DNA of 64,000 bases from Aureliella sp. (GTDB lineage: Bacteria > Planctomycetota > Planctomycetia > Pirellulales > Pirellulaceae), in assembly GCA_963691875.1 (NCBI GenBank), contig OY829846.1, forward strand, positions 2,304,001 to 2,368,000, read 5' to 3'. A model generated the notes under the pieces. That model was not told the DNA's origin. It saw nothing but the letters and a program-made list of their open reading frames with translations, and searched no databases. The first letter of the stretch is position 1. Every line of letters begins with the position of its first letter. Made by a program: the position numbers and the translations under genes. This document shows positions 30,839 through 41,120 of this stretch, piece by piece.

Positions 30839-32788
30839 CTAATGGCTATCCTTCGTTCTGTCAAGGAACGCGCCGGCTGCGAAGCCGATGAACATCGCCA
30901 AATCCTGTTCGGGCGAGACCTCAAACGTGGCTGTCGTCTGAGTCGGCAGCATGCTCTGGAATTTCTTGGCGGTAAATTCCACCTGGGGACGGAGCGATTT
31001 TGCCTTGTCGCCAAGCAGTTCGATGGATCGCATAGCCTGTAGTACGACATTCAGATCTTGGTCTTGCAAGAATTCGCCAAGCACGGGTACAGCCTTGTTG
31101 AATCCATGAGTAGCTAGGCTGTGAGCCGCCGCGATGCGCGTCCAAGCTTCGCCGGAATTCATACATTCTGCGAGTGCAGATTTTGTTTCACGCGACAAGC
31201 GAGGGCGTCCAATACTGGTCACTGCAGCCCAGTACAAAGCCGCATCGAGTCGATCTGGCTCATAGATAAGGTTTCGCAGAGCAATGTCACTTTTCGCTTC
31301 CCAGGCAAGATTCGCGTGCGCAGCGTATTGCCGTGCAAGTAACTGAACGTGAACCGGTGACTTATTGCTATTACGCATCAGCAGCGTCTCAGGCATAAAG
31401 CCACAGTCCTGCGTATCCCTCTGATGCTCGCTCAGACGAAGCTGAAGTTCGCGAAGCTTCTTTCGGTAGACCGGATCGCTAGCCAAGTTGTGGGTATTCT
31501 CTGGATCCGCCACACAATCGTAAAGCTCTTCGCGCGGTCGTTGCGGAGCAAGGAAATGCCACTGTGCGGGAGAAAGATTATGCGGCTGAGTACGACTATC
31601 AATTGACGCCTTGTAGAACTCCTTCCGAAGCGCACCCTGGTCGGGCCATGCCGTCGGTTGGTTGTAGCCAAGGTGCGGCATGTAGTTTCGAATGTACAAA
31701 AACCGCTTGTCTCGGATCGCGCGGGACAGATCACGAGCTTCATCCACTCGATCGCGATGCGCGAAAGCATACTTTCGCTCGCGTTGTTCGCTGCTGGAGA
31801 ACTTGAGCCCTTGCATGTGTTTGGGGGACTCAACTCCGCATAGCTCCAGCGTTGTAGGAGCAAGATCGACGAAGCTAACAAGTCGATCGGATTTCGCAAT
31901 CGAGAAAGTGGAGTTAGATTTTCGAATGGACTCGGGAACATGAACGATAAGTGGAACGTGAGTCCCAGAGTCTAGCAATGCTCGCTTGTGTCGTGGCATC
32001 CCAGCTCCGTGATCGCCAAAGAAGAACACGATCGTATTGTCGGCCAGACCGTCTTCCTTCAATTGCTTAAGGATCCGGCCAACTTGTAGATCCATCACAC
32101 TCACGCAGTCGTGATAACGAGCCCATTCGCGTCGCACAACTGGCGTATCAACGTAGAAAGATGGTAGGCGCACCGATGCAGGTGAATGACAACGTTCCTC
32201 AGGAAGCTGACTTTGGATTTCCTGTTCGAACTTTTCGCTTATCCAGACCATCGAGCGACTCTGGTGACTCTGCATCAGATTGAACACCGCGAAAAAAGGC
32301 ATCTGCTTGTTTGGTCGGTTCCGCCAATGTGCCTGCGAACTACTTTCGTTCCAGCAGTCTTCGATGAAAGGTCCCGGATCCCTGATGTTGTAATCCGTCT
32401 TCACATTGTTTGACGTATAGTACCCCGCATCGCGTAGGAGCTTTGGAAAACCAACAATCCGCTTTGGAATCGGATATGCCGAGCGCATGTGCATCGTGCC
32501 GAGTGACGTTGGATAACATCCTGTAATCAGACAGTTTCGTGCGGTAGAGCAAACAGATGAAGTTGCAAATGCATTGGTAAAAACGGTACTTCGCGAGGCC
32601 AGGGCATCGAGATACGGAGTATCTGCATCGGGATCACCGTAGCAACCCAGCGATGGACTCAAGTCTTCTGCCGTGATCCACAGAATGTTGGGCAGTTGTG
32701 CACTTGCTTTACTGCAAGCAAGAAGAACGGCGACAAACAGGGCAAGGAAGGAGCACCAGGATTTGAATGAGGCTTGCTTTAGTTGCAT
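30839..32788 (-). CDS. Sulfatase with C-terminal HEAT repeats
   Basis: PNILWITAED, CSTAR, KTDYN, GDHG and RDRVDE; helical repeat tail. Confidence 0.9.
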   Translation of the reverse strand: MQLKQASFKSWCSFLALFVAVLLACSKASAQLPNILWITAEDLSPSLGCYGDPDADTPYLDALASRSTVFTNAFATSSVCSTARNCLITGCYPTSLGTMHMRSAYPIPKRIVGFPKLLRDAGYYTSNNVKTDYNIRDPGPFIEDCWNESSSQAHWRNRPNKQMPFFAVFNLMQSHQSRSMVWISEKFEQEIQSQLPEERCHSPASVRLPSFYVDTPVVRREWARYHDCVSVMDLQVGRILKQLKEDGLADNTIVFFFGDHGAGMPRHKRALLDSGTHVPLIVHVPESIRKSNSTFSIAKSDRLVSFVDLAPTTLELCGVESPKHMQGLKFSSSEQRERKYAFAHRDRVDEARDLSRAIRDKRFLYIRNYMPHLGYNQPTAWPDQGALRKEFYKASIDSRTQPHNLSPAQWHFLAPQRPREELYDCVADPENTHNLASDPVYRKKLRELQLRLSEHQRDTQDCGFMPETLLMRNSNKSPVHVQLLARQYAAHANLAWEAKSDIALRNLIYEPDRLDAALYWAAVTSIGRPRLSRETKSALAECMNSGEAWTRIAAAHSLATHGFNKAVPVLGEFLQDQDLNVVLQAMRSIELLGDKAKSLRPQVEFTAKKFQSMLPTQTTATFEVSPEQDLAMFIGFAAGAFLDRTKDSH

Positions 32789-32948
32789 GCGAGTGCATCA
32801 AGTAGAAGTGGCAGAATTTTGAAGTGACGGCAGTTTAGCATGCTAGTAAGTCGTGATGACAAGAACAGCGAAAGTTGCAACTGCTTCTGAACAAGACTAT
32901 CAAATCGATTGAATGCTTCCTCCATTAGAGTGGGGAGCCAACAATAGT

Positions 32949-32977
32949 GTAAAGCCTCAGACACTTGTCTGAGGCTT
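32949..32977 (-). terminator. Hairpin terminator downstream of the DUF4332 gene
   Basis: Perfect stem AAGCCTCAGAC-ACTT-GTCTGAGGCTT (32952-32977); only a short U tract. Confidence 0.6.
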
Positions 32978-33039
32978 ACTGAATGTTGAAATTGAGAGTC
33001 GCAGCACGCAGCACCCTTAGCTGAATACCGGATCAACGA

Positions 33040-36000
33040 CTAGGCGGCATCGAGCTGTCGGCTTTCGCCGGCCCAGTTGATCCAGTCGGTGAGTTCTTGC
33101 AGATCTGGCGCCTCGCTTCCTCGCAAAATACGCTGGCCCACTTTGCTCTCCGCGACAGCCGTGACTTCGGAGAGCACATACTCAGGCGAAAGATCGCAAA
33201 GCTGCTCCGGAGTCGTCAAGTCGCAAGCGACCAGCAACTGTGCGTCGTGACCTCGCAAGTTCGGAATGCGACAAACCAAGTTGGCTTGATGTTGCCACGC
33301 TTCCACAGCTTCCGCGTCGACGCGACGGTGACCCAGTCGCTCTGCGAGATCCTCCGCGTCGGCTGCCAATAGTTCGCTGACGGTTTCTACTTGGCAAGGC
33401 TCCAAACGCTCTGCCATGCGAGGTCCAATCGAAGGGGCATCCACCACGGGACTCTCCAATTCGAGGTAGTAACGTAGGGGCTTTTGAACTTCAGCAACTG
33501 GATTTGCTTCCGATCCCTCTCGCCCCTGCGCTGCGGCTGATTCGGAGTGACCGTTGGGGCGGATTGAGTTTCGACTGCCACTTGAAGTTCGATTTTCGGA
33601 ACTGCAACTCGAACGTTCCGACCTAAGATCTGAATTGGAATCGCAATCGCGACTTCGACGCCGCGCTCGAGTGCGAGTTGAGCGCAGTTCCCACTCACTA
33701 CCTTTATAGTCTCTGCGGTCATTGAGCCGACTGCCATCTCGATCGATCACCGAATAGGATCGGTCGCCGGAACGGCGAGAATCTGAGCTTCGGCGATAAC
33801 TGCGGTTGCTGCTGTCGCTGCGAGTCCAGTATCCGTCCACTCCGCCCTGGCCCTTCGCCGAGGCGATCCAGGAAGTCAAGCGAGAGAGTTCTTTACTGCT
33901 TCCGCTATGAAGAATCTTCCTGCCGCGGGCTGTCGCCAGGAAATCTTCTATGCGATCCAGCAATCCCTGCGGAGGTGTTTCGGCAAGTTCCCGTGAGGAG
34001 CGAATTCCCGCTCCGACCATGACACGAGCATCAAAGGGACGAAGCTTCGGAACGTTGCAAAGCAACTGAGCAACAGACTGCCAAGCTTCCACCGTGTTCC
34101 GTGATACACCTTCGACTCGAATTTGATCCGCTAGCCAAAGTGCGTCCACGTCGAGCAAATCGCCAATGCGGTCGACTCCCAAGCTGCGACAGCGTGCTGT
34201 CAAATCAGGATCGATCGCTGGTAAATCCTCTACGAGCAAAGAGTAGGTCAAATAACATCGATTGCCAGAGGCACGATCAACAGGAGTGATCATCGGTCGG
34301 TACCACTTCTCTGCTTCTTCGTGATTGGCCACGGCAGCCAGTTGTGCATTCATATCGACACCAGTTCTAGTCGCCAAGCAGAAGAGGTTGCCAACCCAGC
34401 CTTGATGGTGCCGAACTCGCTCTGCGACAAACTGGCTGCTGGTCAAAAGCACAATCTGTTGGGTCCGTGACACTTTTGCCAAATAGGTGACTGCGCTATT
34501 TTGTACGTAAGGTGCAATGGCTTCCAACGCATTATCGACTACTAAACTGATCGGCTCGCCTTTCCGAGCCAGCAATTCCGCGATGGCGAGCCGCATTGCG
34601 ATGCGAACGATTTCGCTCGGCACAGGGGAATTTGATCCTATCGCCTGCGACCTAGAGAATCCGTCGACCGAGTCATATCGGCCTTGGACCTGACTATCAC
34701 TTGGCCGTGTCGTTGCGGCATGAGCCATCAGGCCAGTGATGTGTCGATTGATCACTTCGCGAAATGCACTCGATGCAACTCCCGCGCCAGCTGAAGTTCG
34801 AGTGAGCTGGTGAGTCAACTCGTTTAACTCAGCCGTCAAGCGATCTCGCTCGGCCAGCTTGGCAAGCTCCACTGCTATTCGGTGCAACTCACTTCGTAGT
34901 TCGACTGTAGATTGCTGCTTCGGCGGTGCACTTTGAGCGACCACGCCGCGGCGCAGCGTCTGTGCTTCCTCTAGTTGTCGTCGGCAAAGTTCCGCGTCCA
35001 GCTTGGCTTGCTTCTGGCTTTCCTTTAGTCCTGCAATCTCATCGAGGAGCGTTTGCCGCAATGCTGGATCGACTCCCGACTTCTGCGTTGGTTGATTGCT
35101 TTCTTCGCTGAGGAGCCAGTCCATAAGATGTGGATGATCACTACATTGGCACCAATCGCCAAACGCCAGAGTCAGTTGTTCGACCGGAAGATTTTGCTCC
35201 GCCGAGATGGTTCGCAGCAACTCGCCGCGCTGCTCGATTAACTGCTCGACTGCTTCCAGTAACTCAGTCTCACACCGTTGCAACTGCGTGGACTGATGCC
35301 GGAGCGATTCACCTGTCGTTTGAGCCTCTTGACGCGAGAGCTTTTGGCAAATCTCGCGCAAGTCTTTTTGCATGCTCCGCAGAGTTTCTGGAAGCATCCC
35401 TGCATCTGGCCAATAGGCCGAATGTCCTTCGAAAGTGCGTCCAGTCCCATCCCGGAATACGCCTTGCGCCTGAGGCACTTCGCTGGGGTTTAGGCCGGTA
35501 CCAGCAACCGAGGGCGATGCACTACGATAGTCGTAGCCTGGAATCTCATCGTAGCGTTGGACAAGCACATCCAGCTGACGACGCGTGCTCTGAATCTGGG
35601 CTTCCAAAGAACGCATGGCGGCGCGAGGATCAGGCTCTTTGCTTGCGTTCAGTTGGTCCCCGACTTGTTTGTCGAGACGCAAGTCAGTCGCTTCGTTGTC
35701 AATCGTCTCGCGGTGCGTTTTGAGGTCTTTCAACGTTTGCCGCCATCGGTGCAGCCGATCGTCAAGCTTCTGGAGTTGGACGCGATAGGACTCGCCCACT
35801 GTCACCGCTGACGCATTGACCTCGAGTAGCTTGAGTTCGCTTCGTTTCACGCCCATTTGCTGCTCAAGAACTTCGATTTCGCGCAACTTATTTTGCAACT
35901 TTGCTTCCAGCAATGCGAGCCGTCTGTCCAATCTGAGTTGCTCAGTGTCCAGTCCGTCGCAGCGCAGCTTTTGAGACTGGCCAGTGGTTGCTTGAAGCCC

Positions 36001-36606
36001 TGCTTCCAGTTCTCTTTGCTGAGCGAGAAGTGTATCTCGATCGCTGTGAAGTGGGCCTAACTGTTCGAGCTGAGCTCGGATCTTTTGCTGCGCAGCAAAT
36101 ACTTGCTCGCGACGATCTGATGGCACAAACTCGTTGTCTAGTCCCAGACGCTCTGCGAGCTGTTCCAGCGCCACTTCGGTATCGTATCGATCGTGCGCTG
36201 CTGCCAACCCAACAAAAGCAGCCCGTTGTGTTGGCGAGAAATCACAGCCAGAAAGTTCTCCATCCAGGCGTCCATCCCATCGCATTTGATAGTCGCGCTG
36301 ATACGAATCATCTGAATCTTGCGCAAGATCGAATCGGATCTTGCCATTGCGATCAGTTGTTACACGGTAATGGCTAGCTCGGTTTCGCAAATGCAGTACA
36401 CCGGCAATCGGGGCAGAACCGATTTTCGTTGAGCTAGACGAGTTGGCGGTTTGACTTTGCTCTGCGATGCAACGCAACCATCGCAGCAGGGTGGATTTGC
36501 CGGAGCCAGTGGGACCAAGGATGGTGTTCAAGCCTGGGGAAAATTGTCCTACACGAACACTTCCATCTGAACCCGGACGATCTACATCCATGCTTAACAG
36601 TCGCAT
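33040..36606 (-). CDS. YhaN/SbcC-like P-loop coiled-coil protein with tandem DUF4332 domains
   Basis: FSPGLNTILGPTGSGKST, long coiled coil, RLAIAE..ISLVVDN, and two ..WQ..A.L.C.(V/I)P.LR..DA..(M/L)V repeats. ATG 36606 follows AGGAGGAG. Confidence 0.82.
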   Translation of the reverse strand: MRLLSMDVDRPGSDGSVRVGQFSPGLNTILGPTGSGKSTLLRWLRCIAEQSQTANSSSSTKIGSAPIAGVLHLRNRASHYRVTTDRNGKIRFDLAQDSDDSYQRDYQMRWDGRLDGELSGCDFSPTQRAAFVGLAAAHDRYDTEVALEQLAERLGLDNEFVPSDRREQVFAAQQKIRAQLEQLGPLHSDRDTLLAQQRELEAGLQATTGQSQKLRCDGLDTEQLRLDRRLALLEAKLQNKLREIEVLEQQMGVKRSELKLLEVNASAVTVGESYRVQLQKLDDRLHRWRQTLKDLKTHRETIDNEATDLRLDKQVGDQLNASKEPDPRAAMRSLEAQIQSTRRQLDVLVQRYDEIPGYDYRSASPSVAGTGLNPSEVPQAQGVFRDGTGRTFEGHSAYWPDAGMLPETLRSMQKDLREICQKLSRQEAQTTGESLRHQSTQLQRCETELLEAVEQLIEQRGELLRTISAEQNLPVEQLTLAFGDWCQCSDHPHLMDWLLSEESNQPTQKSGVDPALRQTLLDEIAGLKESQKQAKLDAELCRRQLEEAQTLRRGVVAQSAPPKQQSTVELRSELHRIAVELAKLAERDRLTAELNELTHQLTRTSAGAGVASSAFREVINRHITGLMAHAATTRPSDSQVQGRYDSVDGFSRSQAIGSNSPVPSEIVRIAMRLAIAELLARKGEPISLVVDNALEAIAPYVQNSAVTYLAKVSRTQQIVLLTSSQFVAERVRHHQGWVGNLFCLATRTGVDMNAQLAAVANHEEAEKWYRPMITPVDRASGNRCYLTYSLLVEDLPAIDPDLTARCRSLGVDRIGDLLDVDALWLADQIRVEGVSRNTVEAWQSVAQLLCNVPKLRPFDARVMVGAGIRSSRELAETPPQGLLDRIEDFLATARGRKILHSGSSKELSRLTSWIASAKGQGGVDGYWTRSDSSNRSYRRSSDSRRSGDRSYSVIDRDGSRLNDRRDYKGSEWELRSTRTRARRRSRDCDSNSDLRSERSSCSSENRTSSGSRNSIRPNGHSESAAAQGREGSEANPVAEVQKPLRYYLELESPVVDAPSIGPRMAERLEPCQVETVSELLAADAEDLAERLGHRRVDAEAVEAWQHQANLVCRIPNLRGHDAQLLVACDLTTPEQLCDLSPEYVLSEVTAVAESKVGQRILRGSEAPDLQELTDWINWAGESRQLDAA

Positions 36607-36975
36607 AAAAGGCTCCTCCTTGTGCCTAACAGCTAACCACTGAATTTGCTCACTCGCCGACGCCACTCATAAAACCAGACTGGAACTGCGAGGTGGTGCG
36701 AGTGTTAGTTGTGCAACCGATGCTGCGACCTCGGTTGCGGCTTAACTGAGTTTCGGAGACTAGTTAAGAAATTGGGGTCAGCCGCAAGCTAACACAGCTC
36801 TACTTGGTCTCCCAATACCAGTTAGGGGGGCGCTTCGACCAAATCATGGGGAAACTTGATTTCCCGAAAGCAAATGCAAGCTTTCGTGGCATCTGAGTTT
36901 CGGATTGCCAAAGGTTCAAGTGAACAACAACGCACCTCGATCACGCATCGGCTTACCAGTGTAGCTCGCTCTCCC

Positions 36976-37190
36976 GTTTTAAGTTGCGTGTTTGCACACT
37001 CCCCCTCTAGCCTGCAGGAGGGTCGGACGAAGCCCAAAGCTACGCGTTGGTGTCCTCGGCCGGGAAGGGCTGGGTCGGCCCCTCTCCACTCCCATTACTG
37101 GCGACTCTCCAAAGAGGAGTTGGTTCCATTTGACCACTAGAATCGAGTTGCAATCCATGTTTCCAGATTGGAAAAACGCAACTTAAAAAC
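36976..37190. mobile_element. MITE-like element with ~18-bp terminal inverted repeats
   Basis: GTTTTAAGTTGCGTGTTT (36976-36993) versus AAAAACGCAACTTAAAAA (37172-37189) is a 16/18 inverted match; non-coding GC-rich interior. Confidence 0.55.
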
Positions 37191-37319
37191 TCACTCATCA
37201 GGTTTCCCGCGCGGGGGCAGACGATGCTCAAGTACCAAAAGTATTTGAGTAGTTTGGAGCCCTGAATAGGGATATACTAACGGTTCGTTTGGTGGGTCTG
37301 CTTACGCAGTGAGGTTTCT

Positions 37320-38936
37320 ATGCAGCGGCGAGTTTTTCGCTCTCTTTTTTGCTTTCCGAACATGTTTCTGGGAATCATCCTCCTTGCATGCTCGTGGAGT
37401 TTTTCTTGCGTGGTTCACGGGCAAGAGCTCGAACCAACGTCGCAGGAAATGTCAACGCGTATCGATGAGTTATTGGAAGATCGGCTGAAAGAGCTTGGGT
37501 GGAAGCCGGCCGACCCGAGCACGGATGCTGCCTTTTTGCGCCGCGTGCACCTCGATCTCACCGGCTCGCCGCCCACGGGCAGCGAGGTTCTGGGTTTCGA
37601 ACGCGACGAATCGGAATCCAAAGATAAAAAACTAATTGATCATCTGCTGGGAACGGCTAGCTGTGCCAACCACTTCGCAGGCCAATGGTCTCGGTGGATG
37701 CTCCCGGAAGAAAACAACGCCACCCCGCTTCTCGGGCGAAATGGCGGTTTGCGAGCTTGGCTCAGGGAGCGATTCGCCGAGAATCTCAGATACGACCGAC
37801 TCGTTTCTGATCTGCTCGTCGCCACCGGTCCTGCCCAAGCTGGACCCGCAGAGTTTTTCGTGGCTCTGGAGGTCAAGCCAGAAAAAATCGCAGCCAAAAC
37901 CGCCCGGGTGTTCATGGGAGTTCAGTTGGACTGCGCCGAGTGCCACGATCATCCCTTTGATGAATGGTCTCAGCGCGATTTTTGGGGATTCGCAGCCTAC
38001 TTCGCGCAACTGGGCAATGAAGGCGAACAATCATTGATGCGGCTGGGTGAAATCCGCGACACAGACGAAGGCGACTTAACGCTTCCTGGAACCGAAGAAA
38101 TCGTAACTCCCAAACCCTTAGTCAAGACCGGCTTCAGCGGCTTGACTAGAGGAACGCGTAGACAGCAGCTGACGCTTTGGCTTACGGCACGAGAAAATCC
38201 TTTCCTTGCGAGAGCAACGGTAAATCGTGTGTGGGCGATGCTCTTTGGCTGCGGTTTAATCGAACCCATCGATGATATGCGAACAGTAGACATTGCTTCT
38301 CACCCCAAGATCCTGCAAGAGCTCAGCGTTTACTTCGCAGCGACCGGATACGACTTGCGCGATCTTGTAGCGACGCTTGCCAAGACGAATGCTTACCGTC
38401 GTTCCACGACGCATCGCGCTGGGCATGCACCCGATGACTCGTATGCTGTCATGAAAACGAAGCCTCTGACGGAGCAACAGATTTCCGACAGCATCGCGAA
38501 GGTGGCCAGGCAGATAGTCGGAGATGACAATGCCGCGGCCCAAAACCTCTTGGCACGACAGCTCGGGCAGTTGCGCGGTGATGCCAGCGAGGCAAAGCTG
38601 GGAATCGTCTCGGCTCTGGTGACCTTGCACGGTGATCGGTTCGACCGGGTTTCACGCGAAGCATCAAGCCGGCTTTTGAAAGCCCTGGACGCACCATTTC
38701 TGGACGAGCGAAAGCAACTGAAGTGGCTATTTCTTTCCACGCTCAATCGTCAGCCGACGCCGGGAGAGGAAGCTGCCTTTTCCGAGTTGTTTGCTCAGCA
38801 GGAAGTGAAAGCACCCAACGCTGCGGAGACGAGTAACGAGTCTCAAACTGAAGCAGAGGCTGCAAACAAAGCAAGTTGGCAGTCGGACTTGCTTTGGGCC
38901 TTGATCAACTCAACTGAATTCGCGATGACCCCGTGA
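37320..38936 (+). CDS. DUF1549/DUF1553 protein (no N-terminal PSCyt1)
   Basis: FLRRVHLDLTG, CAECHDHP, VNRVWAMLFG, SHPKILQEL and LWALINSTEF. Confidence 0.9.
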   Translation: MQRRVFRSLFCFPNMFLGIILLACSWSFSCVVHGQELEPTSQEMSTRIDELLEDRLKELGWKPADPSTDAAFLRRVHLDLTGSPPTGSEVLGFERDESESKDKKLIDHLLGTASCANHFAGQWSRWMLPEENNATPLLGRNGGLRAWLRERFAENLRYDRLVSDLLVATGPAQAGPAEFFVALEVKPEKIAAKTARVFMGVQLDCAECHDHPFDEWSQRDFWGFAAYFAQLGNEGEQSLMRLGEIRDTDEGDLTLPGTEEIVTPKPLVKTGFSGLTRGTRRQQLTLWLTARENPFLARATVNRVWAMLFGCGLIEPIDDMRTVDIASHPKILQELSVYFAATGYDLRDLVATLAKTNAYRRSTTHRAGHAPDDSYAVMKTKPLTEQQISDSIAKVARQIVGDDNAAAQNLLARQLGQLRGDASEAKLGIVSALVTLHGDRFDRVSREASSRLLKALDAPFLDERKQLKWLFLSTLNRQPTPGEEAAFSELFAQQEVKAPNAAETSNESQTEAEAANKASWQSDLLWALINSTEFAMTP

Positions 38937-40882
38937 GAAAAGAAAATCCGAAGATGGCGTTCCGGGGTAACATTCAGAACTTTGTTTTTTTAGCAAGTCT
39001 GAAACTGCCGATCTGGGCAATGGTAGTTCTTTTGCTGATGCTTGTGGGCTGCCCAAACAATTCTGAGACAAGTGCGCCTGAACTTGCAGAGGAGAAGGCT
39101 GGAGAGCTGAAACAGAATGCAGCCACCGACAAGATACTCGGAACAAGCAAAGGCGGTGCGCGTTCCCGAGAGGCGAACGGAGAAGACAAGACCGCTGAAC
39201 TTGCAAATCAAGCTCCAGAGGCCGATTCAGGCAGCGGCGGAGTTGTTAAATCGGAAGTCATTCCGGCTGAGGAATCTGATGTTCATGCCTGGATTGACCA
39301 AGGCACGTGGACGACTCGACGACTAGTTGCCCTCTCGCCGCAAGGACCAGCGATATTGGATCTGTCTGTTGGAATTGATGCGAGCAGCTTGGAAGATGCA
39401 TCGGATGCAGTGGTCGAACGGATTGCGGAGCAGTTGTTCGAGGATTTGGAGAAGCCTGTATCCTGGGAAGATTTGGTAGCACATCCGCTCGTCAAATCGG
39501 GTTGGCTTGGAAATCTCGTACCAGAAGAAGACCAAGTCGACCAGATCATCACGATGTATGACGACGTTAGCGACAAGGAAGTCTCGCTTGCGGAACTGAA
39601 ACCATTTCTTTCGAGAGGACTCTCACGTAGCAGTCCGTTGCAAATTTCTGACATTGGAACAGCACCGAATTCCGATGTTTCAGAATCTCCATGGGGGAAA
39701 GCCGACCTGAACGGAGACTACTCGCTTGATCGTGGAGAACTGAAACTTCTTGCAAAAACCATGGAAAAAGTGGACTTTAATGGAGATTCGGTGGTCACTG
39801 AGTTGGAACTCAATCAAGCTCGCGAAATGCAAGCTTCTGGCACGACGATGAATGGGATGGGCAGTATGCTTGAAACAACATCCTTGCTATTGCCAGAGTC
39901 GCAGAATGACGAAGGCTTGATGAATCAGGCGGCGAGTCGTTTTGCAGTTAAACTCCGCGACCACTATACCATTGCAGTCGGCGTACCTCGCGAGCAGTGG
40001 TCAGCGTGGTCAGAAGATCGTTGGGAAGCCTTGGACCTCAATTCCGACGATTCGCTTGAGCGGACGGAGCTACAAAAAACACTGGAGATTGAACCGGACG
40101 CACACTTAGTTTTGAACCTGGGTGGAATGCAGGGAATCCATGCATCAAATTCTTCCCAAAATCAAGTGGTGAGCCGCGCGGCACCGTCAAGAACGATGGA
40201 ATGGAATGAAACTCGACAAGGTGGAAGGCTGTCTGCAGCCGGCATGATTGCATCAGTTCGTCTGATCGATTCTTATACGATTGATGCAAAGTCTTTGCTG
40301 CGACAGCGGTTGCAAGCTGCACTGAAGCAATCGCAGTTGCAAGAGGTCTTTCTTTCGCAGCTGCAATTGCAAGAGGGTGCGTTTGAACTGCTCGATCCCG
40401 ATGAAAATGAACAGCTGGACGATGAGGAATTCCAGCGGGTGTGGACGTGGCTCAGCTCGCGTCAAGGTTCCAGGATCATGGTGCGATGGATGCTAGCGGA
40501 CCGGCCCTGGTTCCTACTGATCGATCAGGATGGCGACCAGCGCATTACGGAGTACGAGGTCGGGCAGGCAGAAAACAGCCTCATGAGGCTGGACGTGAAC
40601 GGAGATGAAATTATCACTCCCAACGAGTTGCCACTTCTGATTCGAATCGAACTCGACCGGACAGATGACCGTCTACAGCTCAATCGCGTCTTTGGCATGA
40701 CGAATGATCGGGAAGTGGATCCTGCCGATGAAGACTGGTTTGCAGCCATGGACGCGAACAAGGACAGTTTCTTGAGCGCTGAGGAGTTTTTAGGGGATGC
40801 ATTAGAGTTTGCAGACTTCGATCAGGATGACGATGGTTTTCTTTCTCGCCGCGAGCTTTACGACCTGGGCGTCGCAAACTAG
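38933..40882 (+). CDS. Multi-EF-hand (Ca2+-binding) putative lipoprotein
   Basis: Many Dx(N/D)xDxxxxxxE loops (DLNGDYSLDRGE, DFNGDSVVTELE, DQDGDQRITEYE, DANKDSFLSAEE); LVGC lipobox-like; start uncertain. Confidence 0.8.
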   Translation: MRKENPKMAFRGNIQNFVFLASLKLPIWAMVVLLLMLVGCPNNSETSAPELAEEKAGELKQNAATDKILGTSKGGARSREANGEDKTAELANQAPEADSGSGGVVKSEVIPAEESDVHAWIDQGTWTTRRLVALSPQGPAILDLSVGIDASSLEDASDAVVERIAEQLFEDLEKPVSWEDLVAHPLVKSGWLGNLVPEEDQVDQIITMYDDVSDKEVSLAELKPFLSRGLSRSSPLQISDIGTAPNSDVSESPWGKADLNGDYSLDRGELKLLAKTMEKVDFNGDSVVTELELNQAREMQASGTTMNGMGSMLETTSLLLPESQNDEGLMNQAASRFAVKLRDHYTIAVGVPREQWSAWSEDRWEALDLNSDDSLERTELQKTLEIEPDAHLVLNLGGMQGIHASNSSQNQVVSRAAPSRTMEWNETRQGGRLSAAGMIASVRLIDSYTIDAKSLLRQRLQAALKQSQLQEVFLSQLQLQEGAFELLDPDENEQLDDEEFQRVWTWLSSRQGSRIMVRWMLADRPWFLLIDQDGDQRITEYEVGQAENSLMRLDVNGDEIITPNELPLLIRIELDRTDDRLQLNRVFGMTNDREVDPADEDWFAAMDANKDSFLSAEEFLGDALEFADFDQDDDGFLSRRELYDLGVAN

Positions 40883-41120
40883 AATTTCGGAATCACCCAT
40901 TCTGGTAGTATGAGCACCACCTGATAGAAACTATTAACGGCGATCATTGCCACGCTAAGTTTTAGAATCGGCAAGATTCAGCGTTTTAGCAGTGTAGAAA
41001 CGCCAGTTCGTAGGAAAAGATCCCGTTTTTGCCCGATGACGGATCGGAACCTGCCTGAATGAGACTCTGTTCAAGTCGCGGTGATGTGGGGATTTTATTG
41101 GTGAGAAAATTGGATTTACT

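Noticed and set aside
30836..30841. Convergent genes with abutting stop codons (TAG/CTA)
   Set aside because: Common in compact genomes; no further evidence of antisense regulation.
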